In this document: one piece after another, positions 28,737-37,465 of the stretch | How the letters are laid out: every line of letters begins with the position of its first letter | Numbering within the stretch: the first letter of the stretch is position 1 | Virus record (IMG/VR): IMGVR_UViG_3300046660_000510 | Span: 1-64,000 of that record | Length of the DNA: 64,000 nt | Source of the DNA: a virus | Reading direction: 5' to 3' (one strand) | The notes under the pieces: generated by a model | Seen by the model: only the letters and a program-made list of their open reading frames with translations | Database searches by the model: none | Told to the model about the DNA's origin: nothing | Translations under genes and position numbers: made by a program

Positions 28737-29374
28737 GGCTCGGGGTGCTCCTTCGGGGTCTCGTCATCGGCGGGGCGTGCGGCGGGGAGGTCGGCCTGCT
28801 TGAGGGGCTGGGTTTCGGCGGTGGCGGTCCTGGCGCGGGTGAGGCCGTCACCGAGGGCACGCACGGACGGATTCGGGGTGGGGTCGCCGGGGGCTTTGTC
28901 GGTGCGCTGGTCGCACTGGATGGTGAGGATCCGGGCGCGGTGGAGGTCTTGGGCGGTGTGGATGGTGTAGGCGTGTACGGCGCCGTGGGGGCAGCGGATT
29001 GCTGCGTGGAAGGTGGGGGTGCGGTCGGTGGTGGCGTGGGGCGGGGTGTGGGTGAGGACGGTGCCGTCGGCCAGTTGGGCGTGGGGGCCGGTCCAGGCGG
29101 AGACGGGGACGGGGAGGCGGGCGGCGGCGGAGGCGAGGGCGGCGCGTATGGCGGCTTGCTCGGTGACGCCCATGGGGCCGACGAACACCTTCCGGCGGAC
29201 GGGGAGCGGGCGGCGGAAGTCGACGACGGTGCCGTTGTTGACCGGGGCGGTCTTCGGGAGGGCCTTTTTAGCGGCCGGCTTGCGGGCCGGGCTGGCCGTC
29301 TTCTTCGCGGGCGGCTTTGCTGCGGTCTTCTTCGCCGGGGTGGTCTTGCGGGCGCTGTTGGTTCTGGCGGCCAT
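28733..29374 (-). CDS. hypothetical protein with histone H1-like Lys/Ala/Pro N-terminus
   Basis: KTTPAKKTAAKPPAKKTASPARKPAAKK. Confidence 0.65.
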   Translation of the reverse strand: MAARTNSARKTTPAKKTAAKPPAKKTASPARKPAAKKALPKTAPVNNGTVVDFRRPLPVRRKVFVGPMGVTEQAAIRAALASAAARLPVPVSAWTGPHAQLADGTVLTHTPPHATTDRTPTFHAAIRCPHGAVHAYTIHTAQDLHRARILTIQCDQRTDKAPGDPTPNPSVRALGDGLTRARTATAETQPLKQADLPAARPADDETPKEHPEP

Positions 29375-29488
29375 GTCCGGCCTCCGTCCTGTGCAGGGTT
29401 CTGGTGGTGCTCCGGGTCTGGTGCTGGTGGAGGGTGATGAGGAGTGCGCTGGTGGCGCTGAGGGCTGCGGCGATCCAGTCGGGCCAGG

Positions 29489-30169
29489 TCACGGCAGGGT
29501 GGGCGGGTAGTAGGCCCGGTTGGTGATGAGGTGGCGGAACGCGGTGGCCTCGAAGGACGAGTAGCGGCGGGTGCTGAGGGACCGGTAGGTGTTGACGTCG
29601 CACATCAGGGGCTTGCGGCCGTACCGGTCCGTGGGGCACGTGTTGGGGTGGGCGAGGCCGACGGCGTGCGCGCTTTCGTGCCAGATGACGTTCATGCGGA
29701 CGCCTTCGTGGAAGCGTCGTCCGGGCGCCCAGTAGTCGCTGTTGATGTAGACCGTGGCGCTGTATGGGGCGCTCTTGTAGGAGCAGGGGGCGGTGAAGGA
29801 CCGGTTGGGGTAGGCCGGGTCGGGCTTGCTCATGTACCGGTAGGAGATGACGTGGCTGGTGACGCATTTGCCGCGGGTGATGGGCACGATCTTCGTGGTG
29901 ACGGTGAACTTGACGCCCAGGTACGAGGTGAGCTCCGCGGCCGTGTTCTTCAGGTACGGCGTCAACTTGGCGCGGCTGGTGGTGTCGTGGAATGCGATCT
30001 GCCACGGCTGGGTGTCGATGTGGGTGATGGCCGGCGCGTTGAGCTTCCAGCCGTTTCCGGAGACGACCGGGCCGACGGTGGCACTGTGGGCGCGGCTGGG
30101 GGTGGCGACGACGACGGCCGCCGCGGTGAGGGTGAGGGCGAACGAGGCGGCGGCTATTCGGATTCTCAT
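29489..30169 (-). CDS. secreted zinc metallopeptidase (metzincin/M10-like)
   Basis: signal peptide MRIRIAAASFALTLTAAAVVVATPSRAHS; HESAHAVGLAH plus downstream PLMC Met-turn. Confidence 0.8.
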   Translation of the reverse strand: MRIRIAAASFALTLTAAAVVVATPSRAHSATVGPVVSGNGWKLNAPAITHIDTQPWQIAFHDTTSRAKLTPYLKNTAAELTSYLGVKFTVTTKIVPITRGKCVTSHVISYRYMSKPDPAYPNRSFTAPCSYKSAPYSATVYINSDYWAPGRRFHEGVRMNVIWHESAHAVGLAHPNTCPTDRYGRKPLMCDVNTYRSLSTRRYSSFEATAFRHLITNRAYYPPTLP

Positions 30170-30444
30170 ACGACGCTCCTGTGGCGGCGGGTGATGGCCG
30201 ACGCGAAGCCGGCCAGTTCCTTCTTGATGGCGGCGAGCTCGGTCGTGGCCTGGTCGATCTGCTGCTGGATTTCGCTGCGGGGTGCCCATCCGGCGGCGCG
30301 CAGGGCGGCCACGTAGCGGCTGCGGCACTGCTCGCAGCCTGGGCAGGTGCGGTCTCCGGGCTGGTTGCCGCAGACTCCGCACTGGGCGCCTTCGTTGCTG
30401 AGGATCTGGATGGCCTGGTCGTCGAGGGGGTTGGGCTGTGTCAT
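30166..30444 (-). CDS. small Cys-rich protein
   Basis: CGVC..CPGCEQC. Confidence 0.55.
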   Translation of the reverse strand: MTQPNPLDDQAIQILSNEGAQCGVCGNQPGDRTCPGCEQCRSRYVAALRAAGWAPRSEIQQQIDQATTELAAIKKELAGFASAITRRHRSVV

Positions 30445-30683
30445 CGGCTGGCCTCGCTGTCCTGTGGCTGGTTGAGGGCGGCGTTGCGGGCGATCTCGTC
30501 GAGGTAGCCGTCGGCGTATCCCTGGGCCCACAGCGGGTCGTACTCGTCGGCCATGGCGGCGCGGGCGATGGCGCGGCGGGCGGGGAGCTTGGAGATGGCG
30601 GCAATTTCGCCGTCGCTGTAGCCGGCGTTGTACGGGTTGTCGCCGGGCTCGGTGGTGGCCGAGGAGAAGGTCATGGTCGTCAT
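30441..30683 (-). CDS. hypothetical protein
   Basis: YNAGYSDG / WAQGYADGY. Confidence 0.6.
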   Translation of the reverse strand: MTTMTFSSATTEPGDNPYNAGYSDGEIAAISKLPARRAIARAAMADEYDPLWAQGYADGYLDEIARNAALNQPQDSEASR

Positions 30684-30705
30684 GGGGTGGGGTTCCGTTT
30701 CGGTG

Positions 30706-31023
30706 TCAGGCGACGGTGGGGGCGATGTCGGCGTCGATCTGGTCGGTGTCCAGGGCGAGGGCGTGGACCTGGATGGGCACGGGGTAGACGGAGCCCAGTG
30801 CGGCGTGGAGGGTCCACAGGACGACTCCGGTGCCGGCGGGCTGCTGGGTGATTCGGCAGCCGATGGGCATGAACCAGCGGGCCCACTGCTCGAGTTCGGC
30901 CAGGTCCGCGGTGAAGACGTGGGCGGTTCCGTTGTGGCCGGTGATCCGTCCGTGCGGGAGACCGTTCAGGTCGGCGGCTACTTCGGCCTTGTCGGCCAGG
31001 GTCAGGCTGCGGGTGGGCTGCAT
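30706..31023 (-). CDS. hypothetical protein
   Basis: GGGGAG RBS. Confidence 0.6.
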   Translation of the reverse strand: MQPTRSLTLADKAEVAADLNGLPHGRITGHNGTAHVFTADLAELEQWARWFMPIGCRITQQPAGTGVVLWTLHAALGSVYPVPIQVHALALDTDQIDADIAPTVA

Positions 31024-31068
31024 GGGGTCTCCCCTGGTGGTGTTCGGCCGGGGCGCGCAGAGCGCGGG

Positions 31069-31437
31069 TCATGCGCGGCCCGGCCTGTCTGTGGGTTTGG
31101 CGGGGGGGGGGGCGGGGTGCCGGTCGGCGCAGGTGGGGCACTGGCGGATCGGCAGGTTGAACCCGGCGGACTCTTCGATGGTTCGGGCGTCCGGGTCGGC
31201 GTTGTCGAAGATGGCGGGGCAGACGCAGGTGCAGGAGCACTTGAGGACTTCGCCGCCGCGCTCGATGTGGATGCCGGCGAGGAAGGCCGCGGCGAGCATC
31301 AGGGAGTTGTACTGGCCTGCGCTGGTGGTGTCGTCGGCGAGGTCCATAACCAGGTCGAACTGGGTTTGCTGGGTGGCGGTGAGGTCGCGGTAGTCGACGC
31401 TGGTGGGCTGCGTGCGGGCGTGCGTCATCACGGCCAT
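31069..31437 (-). CDS. hypothetical Zn-binding protein, first gene after promoter copy 4
   Basis: CSCTCVC...CPTC. Confidence 0.6.
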   Translation of the reverse strand: MAVMTHARTQPTSVDYRDLTATQQTQFDLVMDLADDTTSAGQYNSLMLAAAFLAGIHIERGGEVLKCSCTCVCPAIFDNADPDARTIEESAGFNLPIRQCPTCADRHPAPPPAKPTDRPGRA

Positions 31438-31503
31438 GGCGGGCTCCGGGAAGTCAGGAAGGGTGCACGGTGCGCCGGTTGGGGCGTTGTGTGCTGTGTG
31501 ACC

Positions 31504-31541
31504 ACCATACCCATTCATCTATTGCGCGCGCAATACAAGAG
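31504..31541 (-). promoter_or_regulatory. conserved operator-promoter copy 4
   Basis: minus strand CTCTTGTATTGCGCGCGCAATAGATGAATGGGTATGGT; perfect TATTGCGCGCGCAATA; TTGCGC-N18-TATGGT. Confidence 0.75.
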
Positions 31542-31554
31542 CGGGTGCGGGCAT

Positions 31555-31590
31555 GAGAAAACCCCCGCCCCGGGTTCTCGGGCAGGGGTT
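31555..31590 (-). terminator. intrinsic terminator insulating promoter copy 4
   Basis: minus strand AACCCCTGCCCGAGAACCCGGGGCGGGGGTTTTCTC. Confidence 0.55.
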
Positions 31591-31611
31591 CAGCTCACAG
31601 GGGGTGGACGC

Positions 31612-31842
31612 TCAGGCGTCGCGGGATCTGACGACCTCGGCGTGCACCTCGAGGAGATCGGAGTACGACACATAGTCGGTGCCCGCGACGCGCTCGACGG
31701 CGCATCCCTTGGCGCGCGCCCGGCGGATCAGCGTGTTCTTGGACACGGGGTGTCCGGTCTCCCGGAAGATTTCGACGGCCTCTTTGAAAGTGACCGGGTC
31801 GGGGATGCTGGCGGGGATCGGCGAGAAGGACGTGGCGGCCAT
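31612..31842 (-). CDS. small HTH DNA-binding protein
   Basis: VTFKEAVEIFRETGHPVSKNTLIRRAR. Confidence 0.65.
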   Translation of the reverse strand: MAATSFSPIPASIPDPVTFKEAVEIFRETGHPVSKNTLIRRARAKGCAVERVAGTDYVSYSDLLEVHAEVVRSRDA

Positions 31843-31974
31843 CGGGAAGCCTCCCATGATCGACGGCCACAGTTCGCAGCTCCGGCGGCCGATGACGGGT
31901 GGATTCGGGGAATCCGGTTGTGATCAACGTGTGTTCAATTGCGGGTGTTTCTAAGTAGACCGCTGTATGGCCGT

Positions 31975-32511
31975 TCAGGTTGCACGGCGCACGGAACTTT
32001 TCTGAGAGGTGACGGCTTGCGTGGCCAGGCGGGCGAGTGTCCAGGTCCGGCCCATTCCATGCCGGTCGAGGCACTTGCGGTTCCAGCAGTCGGCCCGGCT
32101 GGTGTTCCGGTTCCAGTGCAGGCCCCATGTCCGGCAGGCCGGGCAGAGGTGGGTGCGGATCACACGGTCCTCACCGAGCCTGATCTTGTGCTCGAGGCGC
32201 TGACGCTCGATCACGATGTCACGGCGGAGCTGGACTTCGGGGGCCGCGTCCGCGGTGCTGTCGATCCACCATTCGTAGATGCCGGCGACGCGCGGCGGTA
32301 GCGGCTTGACCGGGCCGGGTGCGGCGGCGCGGACGTGGTCGACGGCCTCCTGCACGGTCTCGCTGATGTGGTCGACGATGCCGATGTTCAGCGGGGTGCC
32401 GGGGGTGGTGCTGGCGGGGCGGCGTGTGGAGGGTCCGGTGACGGCGGGGGTGCGGAAGTGCGTGTCCAGCAGGTGGAGGCTGGCTGCTGCATCGTCACTG
32501 TCACGGCCCAT
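31975..32511 (-). CDS. hypothetical protein with Zn ribbon
   Basis: CPACRTWGL...CWNRKC. Confidence 0.65.
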   Translation of the reverse strand: MGRDSDDAAASLHLLDTHFRTPAVTGPSTRRPASTTPGTPLNIGIVDHISETVQEAVDHVRAAAPGPVKPLPPRVAGIYEWWIDSTADAAPEVQLRRDIVIERQRLEHKIRLGEDRVIRTHLCPACRTWGLHWNRNTSRADCWNRKCLDRHGMGRTWTLARLATQAVTSQKSSVRRAT

Positions 32512-32743
32512 GGTGTCCCCTGCCCCTCAGCGGCCGCCGGGGGCGCGGGACGTCCATGCTGGTGCTGGGGCGCGCGCCGGTGGCCGGAAAGTGTGATTCC
32601 GGTGGGTATCCGGACGCCCCACTATGGCACGTGAGCTACGGGAGGTGAACGTTCCGTAAGAAAGGATCAATGCCTGGGGCACGGGAGTTACCGGTCGGTG
32701 ACCTTTGTGAAGATGAAACAACCCCCGGCATATTCAGGCAAAT

Positions 32744-33097
32744 TCACAGGAGTTCGGGGGCCGTCCTCAACCCGTCGATCATGGCGTGAAGTTCCATCCC
32801 CGTCTCCTCGTCCACCACTCCGTTCACCCGGGCGCCCCCGAACAATTCGGCGACCAGGCCCAGCGTGATCAGATACGCCTCGCGTGTATCCGGATCGGTC
32901 AGGGTGCGGTCGCACCCCAGGAATGCCGCCTCCACCCGGTCGGCGAGGCGCTGGTGCAGTGACGAGTCACCAGGGTCCTGCTCCACGGGTTCCTCCCTGC
33001 GGCGCTTGGTCAGGCGCACGGAAGGGCGGTGCGGGAATCGGAGGACAGTGGCGCGGCCACCGTCCGGCCCGGGGTGGGCAGACTCTGCTACGGACAT
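32744..33097 (-). CDS. hypothetical protein
   Basis: GGAG RBS; helical C-terminus. Confidence 0.55.
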   Translation of the reverse strand: MSVAESAHPGPDGGRATVLRFPHRPSVRLTKRRREEPVEQDPGDSSLHQRLADRVEAAFLGCDRTLTDPDTREAYLITLGLVAELFGGARVNGVVDEETGMELHAMIDGLRTAPELL

Positions 33098-33772
33098 CGG
33101 GGCGTCTCCGCTCCTCCGGCAGAAAGGGAAGGGTCCTCGTACGCCCGGCCGGTGTCGGCGTTCCGCCCGGGCCCCCCGCGCGTCCGGCTGCCAGTCCAGA
33201 TGCGTGGACTTGTCACTGTGGCATCGATACCAGGCGGTCGGTAAGGCACTGCCGAGTATTGACGGCCTACTGACATTTATTCGATACGGTTTTGCCCAGA
33301 GGGTGACTGAGAGACTACATCCGGGTACGGAATGCGTCCCTGTGCGGCCAGATGGTTCAGCCGCATCGAGGAGCTTCGGAGAGCCTGGCGGGCATGCCCG
33401 TTCGGTGACGGCAGTCTAATCCGGGAACTCCCCATGCAGGTAGACGCGTTCCCCTACTTCTCTACGGGCCCGCGATGTGGGTGGCGGTTGAGCGCGGCCA
33501 GGGGAGCCTGCGGAGGGCTGCGAACCGCTGTCCCGGAGGGCTGCGAACCACGCGAAGGCCCCCCGGCCGTGCGGCCGCCGGCCTGGGGGACCGGCAACAC
33601 CGCTACCCAAGGCGCATATATGCGTGCGGGGAAGAGGCCCGCACAGAGATCACCCAGGTGAGTGATGGAGAAACCGCGCCATCCCGCACGCATTCGACCG
33701 ATTCTGATCGGTGCACGACGTGGCCCCGTTCCCCCACCGCGCGGGCGGGAGGAACGGGGCCTCGGTCCTCGG

Positions 33773-34927
33773 TCAGCCGGACACGGACGAGGACACCTCG
33801 AGGCCGTTCTCCACGGCGTACTCGTTCAGTACGCGCAGCGTCTTGACCAGCTCGCCCGTGGGCATCTTCCGGATGAGGTGCTGGCCGATGAAGTTCCCGT
33901 CGTCGTACGGCAAGGTACGCCCGCTGGGCAATGGCGCCTCGATTCCCTGCTCGGTGTGGCGAGGCTCGGGAATGACCTCCACTGCTGGCGAATCCGTTAC
34001 GGGCTCCGTACGTGCGGGCGGGACCGGTTCGGGGACGCTGACGGACTGCCGCGCAGCGGTACGCGGCTCGGGGGGTTTTACGGCCGTAAAACTCTCCGGC
34101 CGGGTCTGGGCCGGTGCCGCCCTCGCGGCAGACGCGGCAACCGGGATCGGCTCGGCAGGAAGTGTCACGGGAGCGGCAGGCGTCGGGGGTGCCTGCTTGG
34201 CTTCCCTCCGGGCGGCCGTACGGGCGGCGGCGGCCGCGGCCTTGCGCCCCTGCTCCTCTTCCCACCACTGCAACTGCTCCTGGACGCCCCAGGCCTTGTC
34301 ACGGGCCAGCTTCCCAAGGGACCTGGCCGACTCGAGGGGAAGAGCCTTCTTGCGGACCAGGTGCTGAACATCGGGCGCCAGGTGCGTCAGGAGGATGCGC
34401 TGGGTGACCCAGCCGTCGACGCGTTCGAAGTGCTGGGCGACCGCCCGGTTGGAGCCGAACTCGGCGACCAGGGCCTGTACGGCGTAGGCCTCTTCGATGG
34501 GGTCGAAGTTCTGCCGGTCGACGTTCTCGGAGACGACCGCTTCCATGAACGCCTTGCGGCTGACCGCGAAGTCGTCGTCGATCACGCAGTTGAGCATTGG
34601 GAGACCGACGACTGTGGCAGCACGGTAGCGGCGCTCGCCGCTGACGATGACGACGTCCACGTCACCGACGCGGTCCTCGTGATCGGGCCACAGTTTCAGG
34701 TACGCGGCCCGGGTGACGACGGGGCAGGGCTGGTTCTGGCGCCGTGCCAGGCTCTTACCGAAGTCGATCAGGTCGTCCTCGGTGCCGAAGTCCTTTCGCG
34801 GGTTGACCTGGTTCGGTGAGATCCGGGAGAGGGGAACCCGCAGCAGCCGGCCCGCAGCCTTCGTGTCGAGACGAGCGGCGTCCTCGTCGTCGTCGAAGAA
34901 GTCATCGAACTCGTTCCGGGAAGCCAC
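33773..34927 (-). CDS. parB: ParB/RepB/Spo0J partition protein
   Basis: ISPNQVNPRKDF..IVSGERRYRA..ENVDRQNFDPIEEAYA..HTH. Confidence 0.9.
   Translation of the reverse strand: MASRNEFDDFFDDDEDAARLDTKAAGRLLRVPLSRISPNQVNPRKDFGTEDDLIDFGKSLARRQNQPCPVVTRAAYLKLWPDHEDRVGDVDVVIVSGERRYRAATVVGLPMLNCVIDDDFAVSRKAFMEAVVSENVDRQNFDPIEEAYAVQALVAEFGSNRAVAQHFERVDGWVTQRILLTHLAPDVQHLVRKKALPLESARSLGKLARDKAWGVQEQLQWWEEEQGRKAAAAAARTAARREAKQAPPTPAAPVTLPAEPIPVAASAARAAPAQTRPESFTAVKPPEPRTAARQSVSVPEPVPPARTEPVTDSPAVEVIPEPRHTEQGIEAPLPSGRTLPYDDGNFIGQHLIRKMPTGELVKTLRVLNEYAVENGLEVSSSVSG
34075..34092. promoter_or_regulatory. parS-like palindrome inside parB
   Basis: GTTTTACGGCCGTAAAAC, perfect 18-bp palindrome. Confidence 0.65.
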
Positions 34928-35661
34928 TACTTGCCCCCCGCGTACCGCTGGCGGCGCAGCTGGTGCTCGAGGGCCAGGGCGAGGAAGTCCTGCTTGGCTT
35001 TCGTGGCGGTGTGGTTGCTCTCGTACTGCGTGCAGAAGCGTCCGTCAGTGATGCCGCGGGCGTGCAGTTTGTAGCGGCGGATGGTGGAGCTGTAGAGCGA
35101 CCATCCGCGCTTGGTCACCATGCTGCGGGTTCGCTCGAGGTCCGCTTTGCTGTCGCGGGGGTCCCAGTTGGAGAGGACGACTCCGTAGGGGAGCTGGCGA
35201 GGGATGACGACCTGCTCGATGGTCGTCTTGGTGGGGGTGAACCCGGGGCCGTCTGTTTCGAGGGGGACGATGACGTCGTCGGCGACATCGAGGATGGCGC
35301 GCAGGGAGTCACCAACGGTTCCGTCGCCGAGTGGGTCGATGGAGTCGGCTACCCCGTTGAGGGGGAGGAAGCCGGGGGTGTCGACGATGATGATGTCGGC
35401 TTTGGCGCGGCGCAGGCGGCGCAGGTTGTCCACGTTGGAGCTGGCGTCGACCACGCGGAAGGGGACGGGGCGGCCGGCCTTTTCGACCCTGGTCGCCCAT
35501 TCGATGCTGGTTCCCTGGGGGTCTATCGAGACGACGGCGACGGACTGGTCGCCGTTGCCGTTGTTGCCGAGGATCTCTGAGTAGACGGCGGCGAGGTTGA
35601 CCGTGATGGTCGATTTCCCAATGCCGCCCTTCTGGTTCAAGAGCACGGTGATGTAGGGCAT
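34927..35661 (-). CDS. parA: ParA-family partition ATPase
   Basis: NQKGGIGKST Walker A, IDPQG, IIVDTPG; adjacent to parB. Confidence 0.92.
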   Translation of the reverse strand: MPYITVLLNQKGGIGKSTITVNLAAVYSEILGNNGNGDQSVAVVSIDPQGTSIEWATRVEKAGRPVPFRVVDASSNVDNLRRLRRAKADIIIVDTPGFLPLNGVADSIDPLGDGTVGDSLRAILDVADDVIVPLETDGPGFTPTKTTIEQVVIPRQLPYGVVLSNWDPRDSKADLERTRSMVTKRGWSLYSSTIRRYKLHARGITDGRFCTQYESNHTATKAKQDFLALALEHQLRRQRYAGGK

Positions 35662-35760
35662 GTTCTGTTCTCCGAGTGCTTCCCGATGTTCCGGTACTTC
35701 GGACGGGGAGCATCCTCTCAGACGCGCCAGCGGGTTCTGGAGAGGCGTGCGGAGTCCGGG

Positions 35761-35782
35761 GAGTTTTACGGCCGTAAAACTC
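35761..35782. promoter_or_regulatory. parS-like palindrome upstream of parA
   Basis: GAGTTTTACGGCCGTAAAACTC, perfect 22-bp palindrome with the same core as 34075. Confidence 0.7.
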
Positions 35783-35948
35783 GAGCGGCTACGCCTCGTC
35801 CTCGTCGTCCTCGTCGAGCAGGGCGAGGCCTTCGGGGTATACCGGCTCCTGGAACAGCTGGTGGCGCTCCCATGCGAGCGCGGGCCGGGTCTGCCGGAGC
35901 GAGGCGGTGGCTTGGGTCTTGGTGGCGGTCTGTGGCATCGGGGGCTCC

Positions 35949-36089
35949 TCAGGCGGTGATGAGGTGTTGGGCGCGGGCGTAGTCGTCCAGCCAGGCCCGT
36001 TCCTCGCGCTCCTCCTGCCGGTGCCACTCGGGCGTGAACTCGGCGGGCGTCTCGGTGTCTTCGAGCGCGCGGGTCAGGGTCTCCAGCAT
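35949..36089 (-). CDS. 46-aa hypothetical protein
   Basis: GGAG RBS plus MLETLTRALE. Confidence 0.45.
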   Translation of the reverse strand: MLETLTRALEDTETPAEFTPEWHRQEEREERAWLDDYARAQHLITA

Positions 36090-36157
36090 GGTCGGCTCCG
36101 TTCGTGCGGGGTGATCGCGAACAGGCTGCCGCAGATCTTGCGGGGTGTTCCCTCCGC

Positions 36158-36943
36158 TCATGCGACGTCGAAGGCGCGGCGCACCGGTGCCGCGTCGCCA
36201 CCGCCGCGCTTCCGGGCGATCGCAGCCCGGCGGATCTGTTCGGCCCGGTCCACCGCGGGCGCCGTGAGGCGCTCGAGCTCGGCGACGGCGTCCGTGAACG
36301 CGGTCTCCGGCTCCCGATTGGCGGGGTGGGCCAGGACCTGGTTCTGTCGCTCGATGGCGTCGACGACGTGCGGATCGGTGGGCTCCCGGCTGGCCTTGGC
36401 GGCCTGGTGGGCCTCGAAGGTGCGGCGGAAGCCGGCGCTGGCGGTCTCCCTGGTGCGGACGGGCGCGGGCTCCGGAGCGGGTTCCTCTGCGGCAGGGGGC
36501 GGCGCAGCGGTGGCTCCGGCGGCCAGGACTCGAATCTTGCGGACCGCGGGCCGGCCCAGCCGGTCGTTGAGGTGCTTGGCCAGCTGCCGCTCGAAGAGAC
36601 GGATCTGCGTGGCGTATGCCGGACTCGAGGGCCGCAGGGTGAGTAGACCGTGTTCGGCGTCGTAGCTGACGGGCTGCACGGTGGTGGCGAGTTCGGTGGG
36701 GCAGATCTGCGTCCACTGGTCGATGAGTTCGCCGCCGCCGATGCTCTCCTTCCAGCCTTGTTCGGCGGTGAGGCGTTCGAGGATGCCGCCCAGCCCCATG
36801 GGGTCGCGGCCGCCGGTGCGGCTGTCTCGGACAGTGCGGCGGGTTTTGCGGACGGGTCCGGCCGGGCGGGTCTTCGCGGCCGCGCGGGCGGCGGCGAGGA
36901 CCTGGCGGGCGAGGTCGGCACCGGAAGCGGTGGGCTCAGCCAT
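36158..36943 (-). CDS. DciA/DUF721-family protein (helicase operator homologue)
   Basis: SGADLAR..L..AR..RDPMGLGGIL..QGW..W..I..ELA..P..LTLRPSSPAYATQIRL..L..LN..LG..VRKIRV. Confidence 0.8.
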   Translation of the reverse strand: MAEPTASGADLARQVLAAARAAAKTRPAGPVRKTRRTVRDSRTGGRDPMGLGGILERLTAEQGWKESIGGGELIDQWTQICPTELATTVQPVSYDAEHGLLTLRPSSPAYATQIRLFERQLAKHLNDRLGRPAVRKIRVLAAGATAAPPPAAEEPAPEPAPVRTRETASAGFRRTFEAHQAAKASREPTDPHVVDAIERQNQVLAHPANREPETAFTDAVAELERLTAPAVDRAEQIRRAAIARKRGGGDAAPVRRAFDVA

Positions 36944-37454
36944 GGTGGTTCTCCACTCCGGAGTCGGGGAAGTCCCACCGGCCGCGGTCGTTCAGGTAGA
37001 TCGCGCCGAGCCGGTGCGCCTCGCGGACCGTGCCGACGCCGTCCGCAGCGTGATCGATGGGCCCCAAAGCTTCGATCTCCGCAAGCTCGCGGGCCTGCGC
37101 GTCGGTCATCGTGCCGGCGCTGGCGGCCAGGGAGGTGACGACCTGGTAGGTCATCTCCAGCAGTTCGCTGATCTGCTGCGCGGTGCACGTTGCGGGCCCG
37201 GTGAAGGGGTCGTCCATGACGAACGCGTCCTGGCGGATGCACTGCTCCAGCCGGAAGTCCGCGACCGTCAGGGGGCCCTCGTACTCGTCCTGGAGCCAGG
37301 CTGTGCCGTCCTCGCCAAACTCCTCGATCAGGAGGTCATCAGGGCACTGCTGGTCGTAGCCGGGGTGCTTCGGGCGGGCGGCGGGCATGGGGGCCGTGAA
37401 GGGGTTGCGGCGGCTCTTGTGCTTGGCGTTGCGGCGCTTCTTCGACTTGGGCAT
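36936..37454 (-). CDS. hypothetical protein with basic N-terminus
   Basis: AGGA RBS; MPKSKKRRNAKHK. Confidence 0.6.
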   Translation of the reverse strand: MPKSKKRRNAKHKSRRNPFTAPMPAARPKHPGYDQQCPDDLLIEEFGEDGTAWLQDEYEGPLTVADFRLEQCIRQDAFVMDDPFTGPATCTAQQISELLEMTYQVVTSLAASAGTMTDAQARELAEIEALGPIDHAADGVGTVREAHRLGAIYLNDRGRWDFPDSGVENHHG

Positions 37455-37465
37455 GTCGTGTCCTG

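Noticed and set aside
35662-37242. 771-aa extended ParA
   Set aside because: The ParA motif starts at 35661; the extension overlaps dciA in another frame and is low-complexity.
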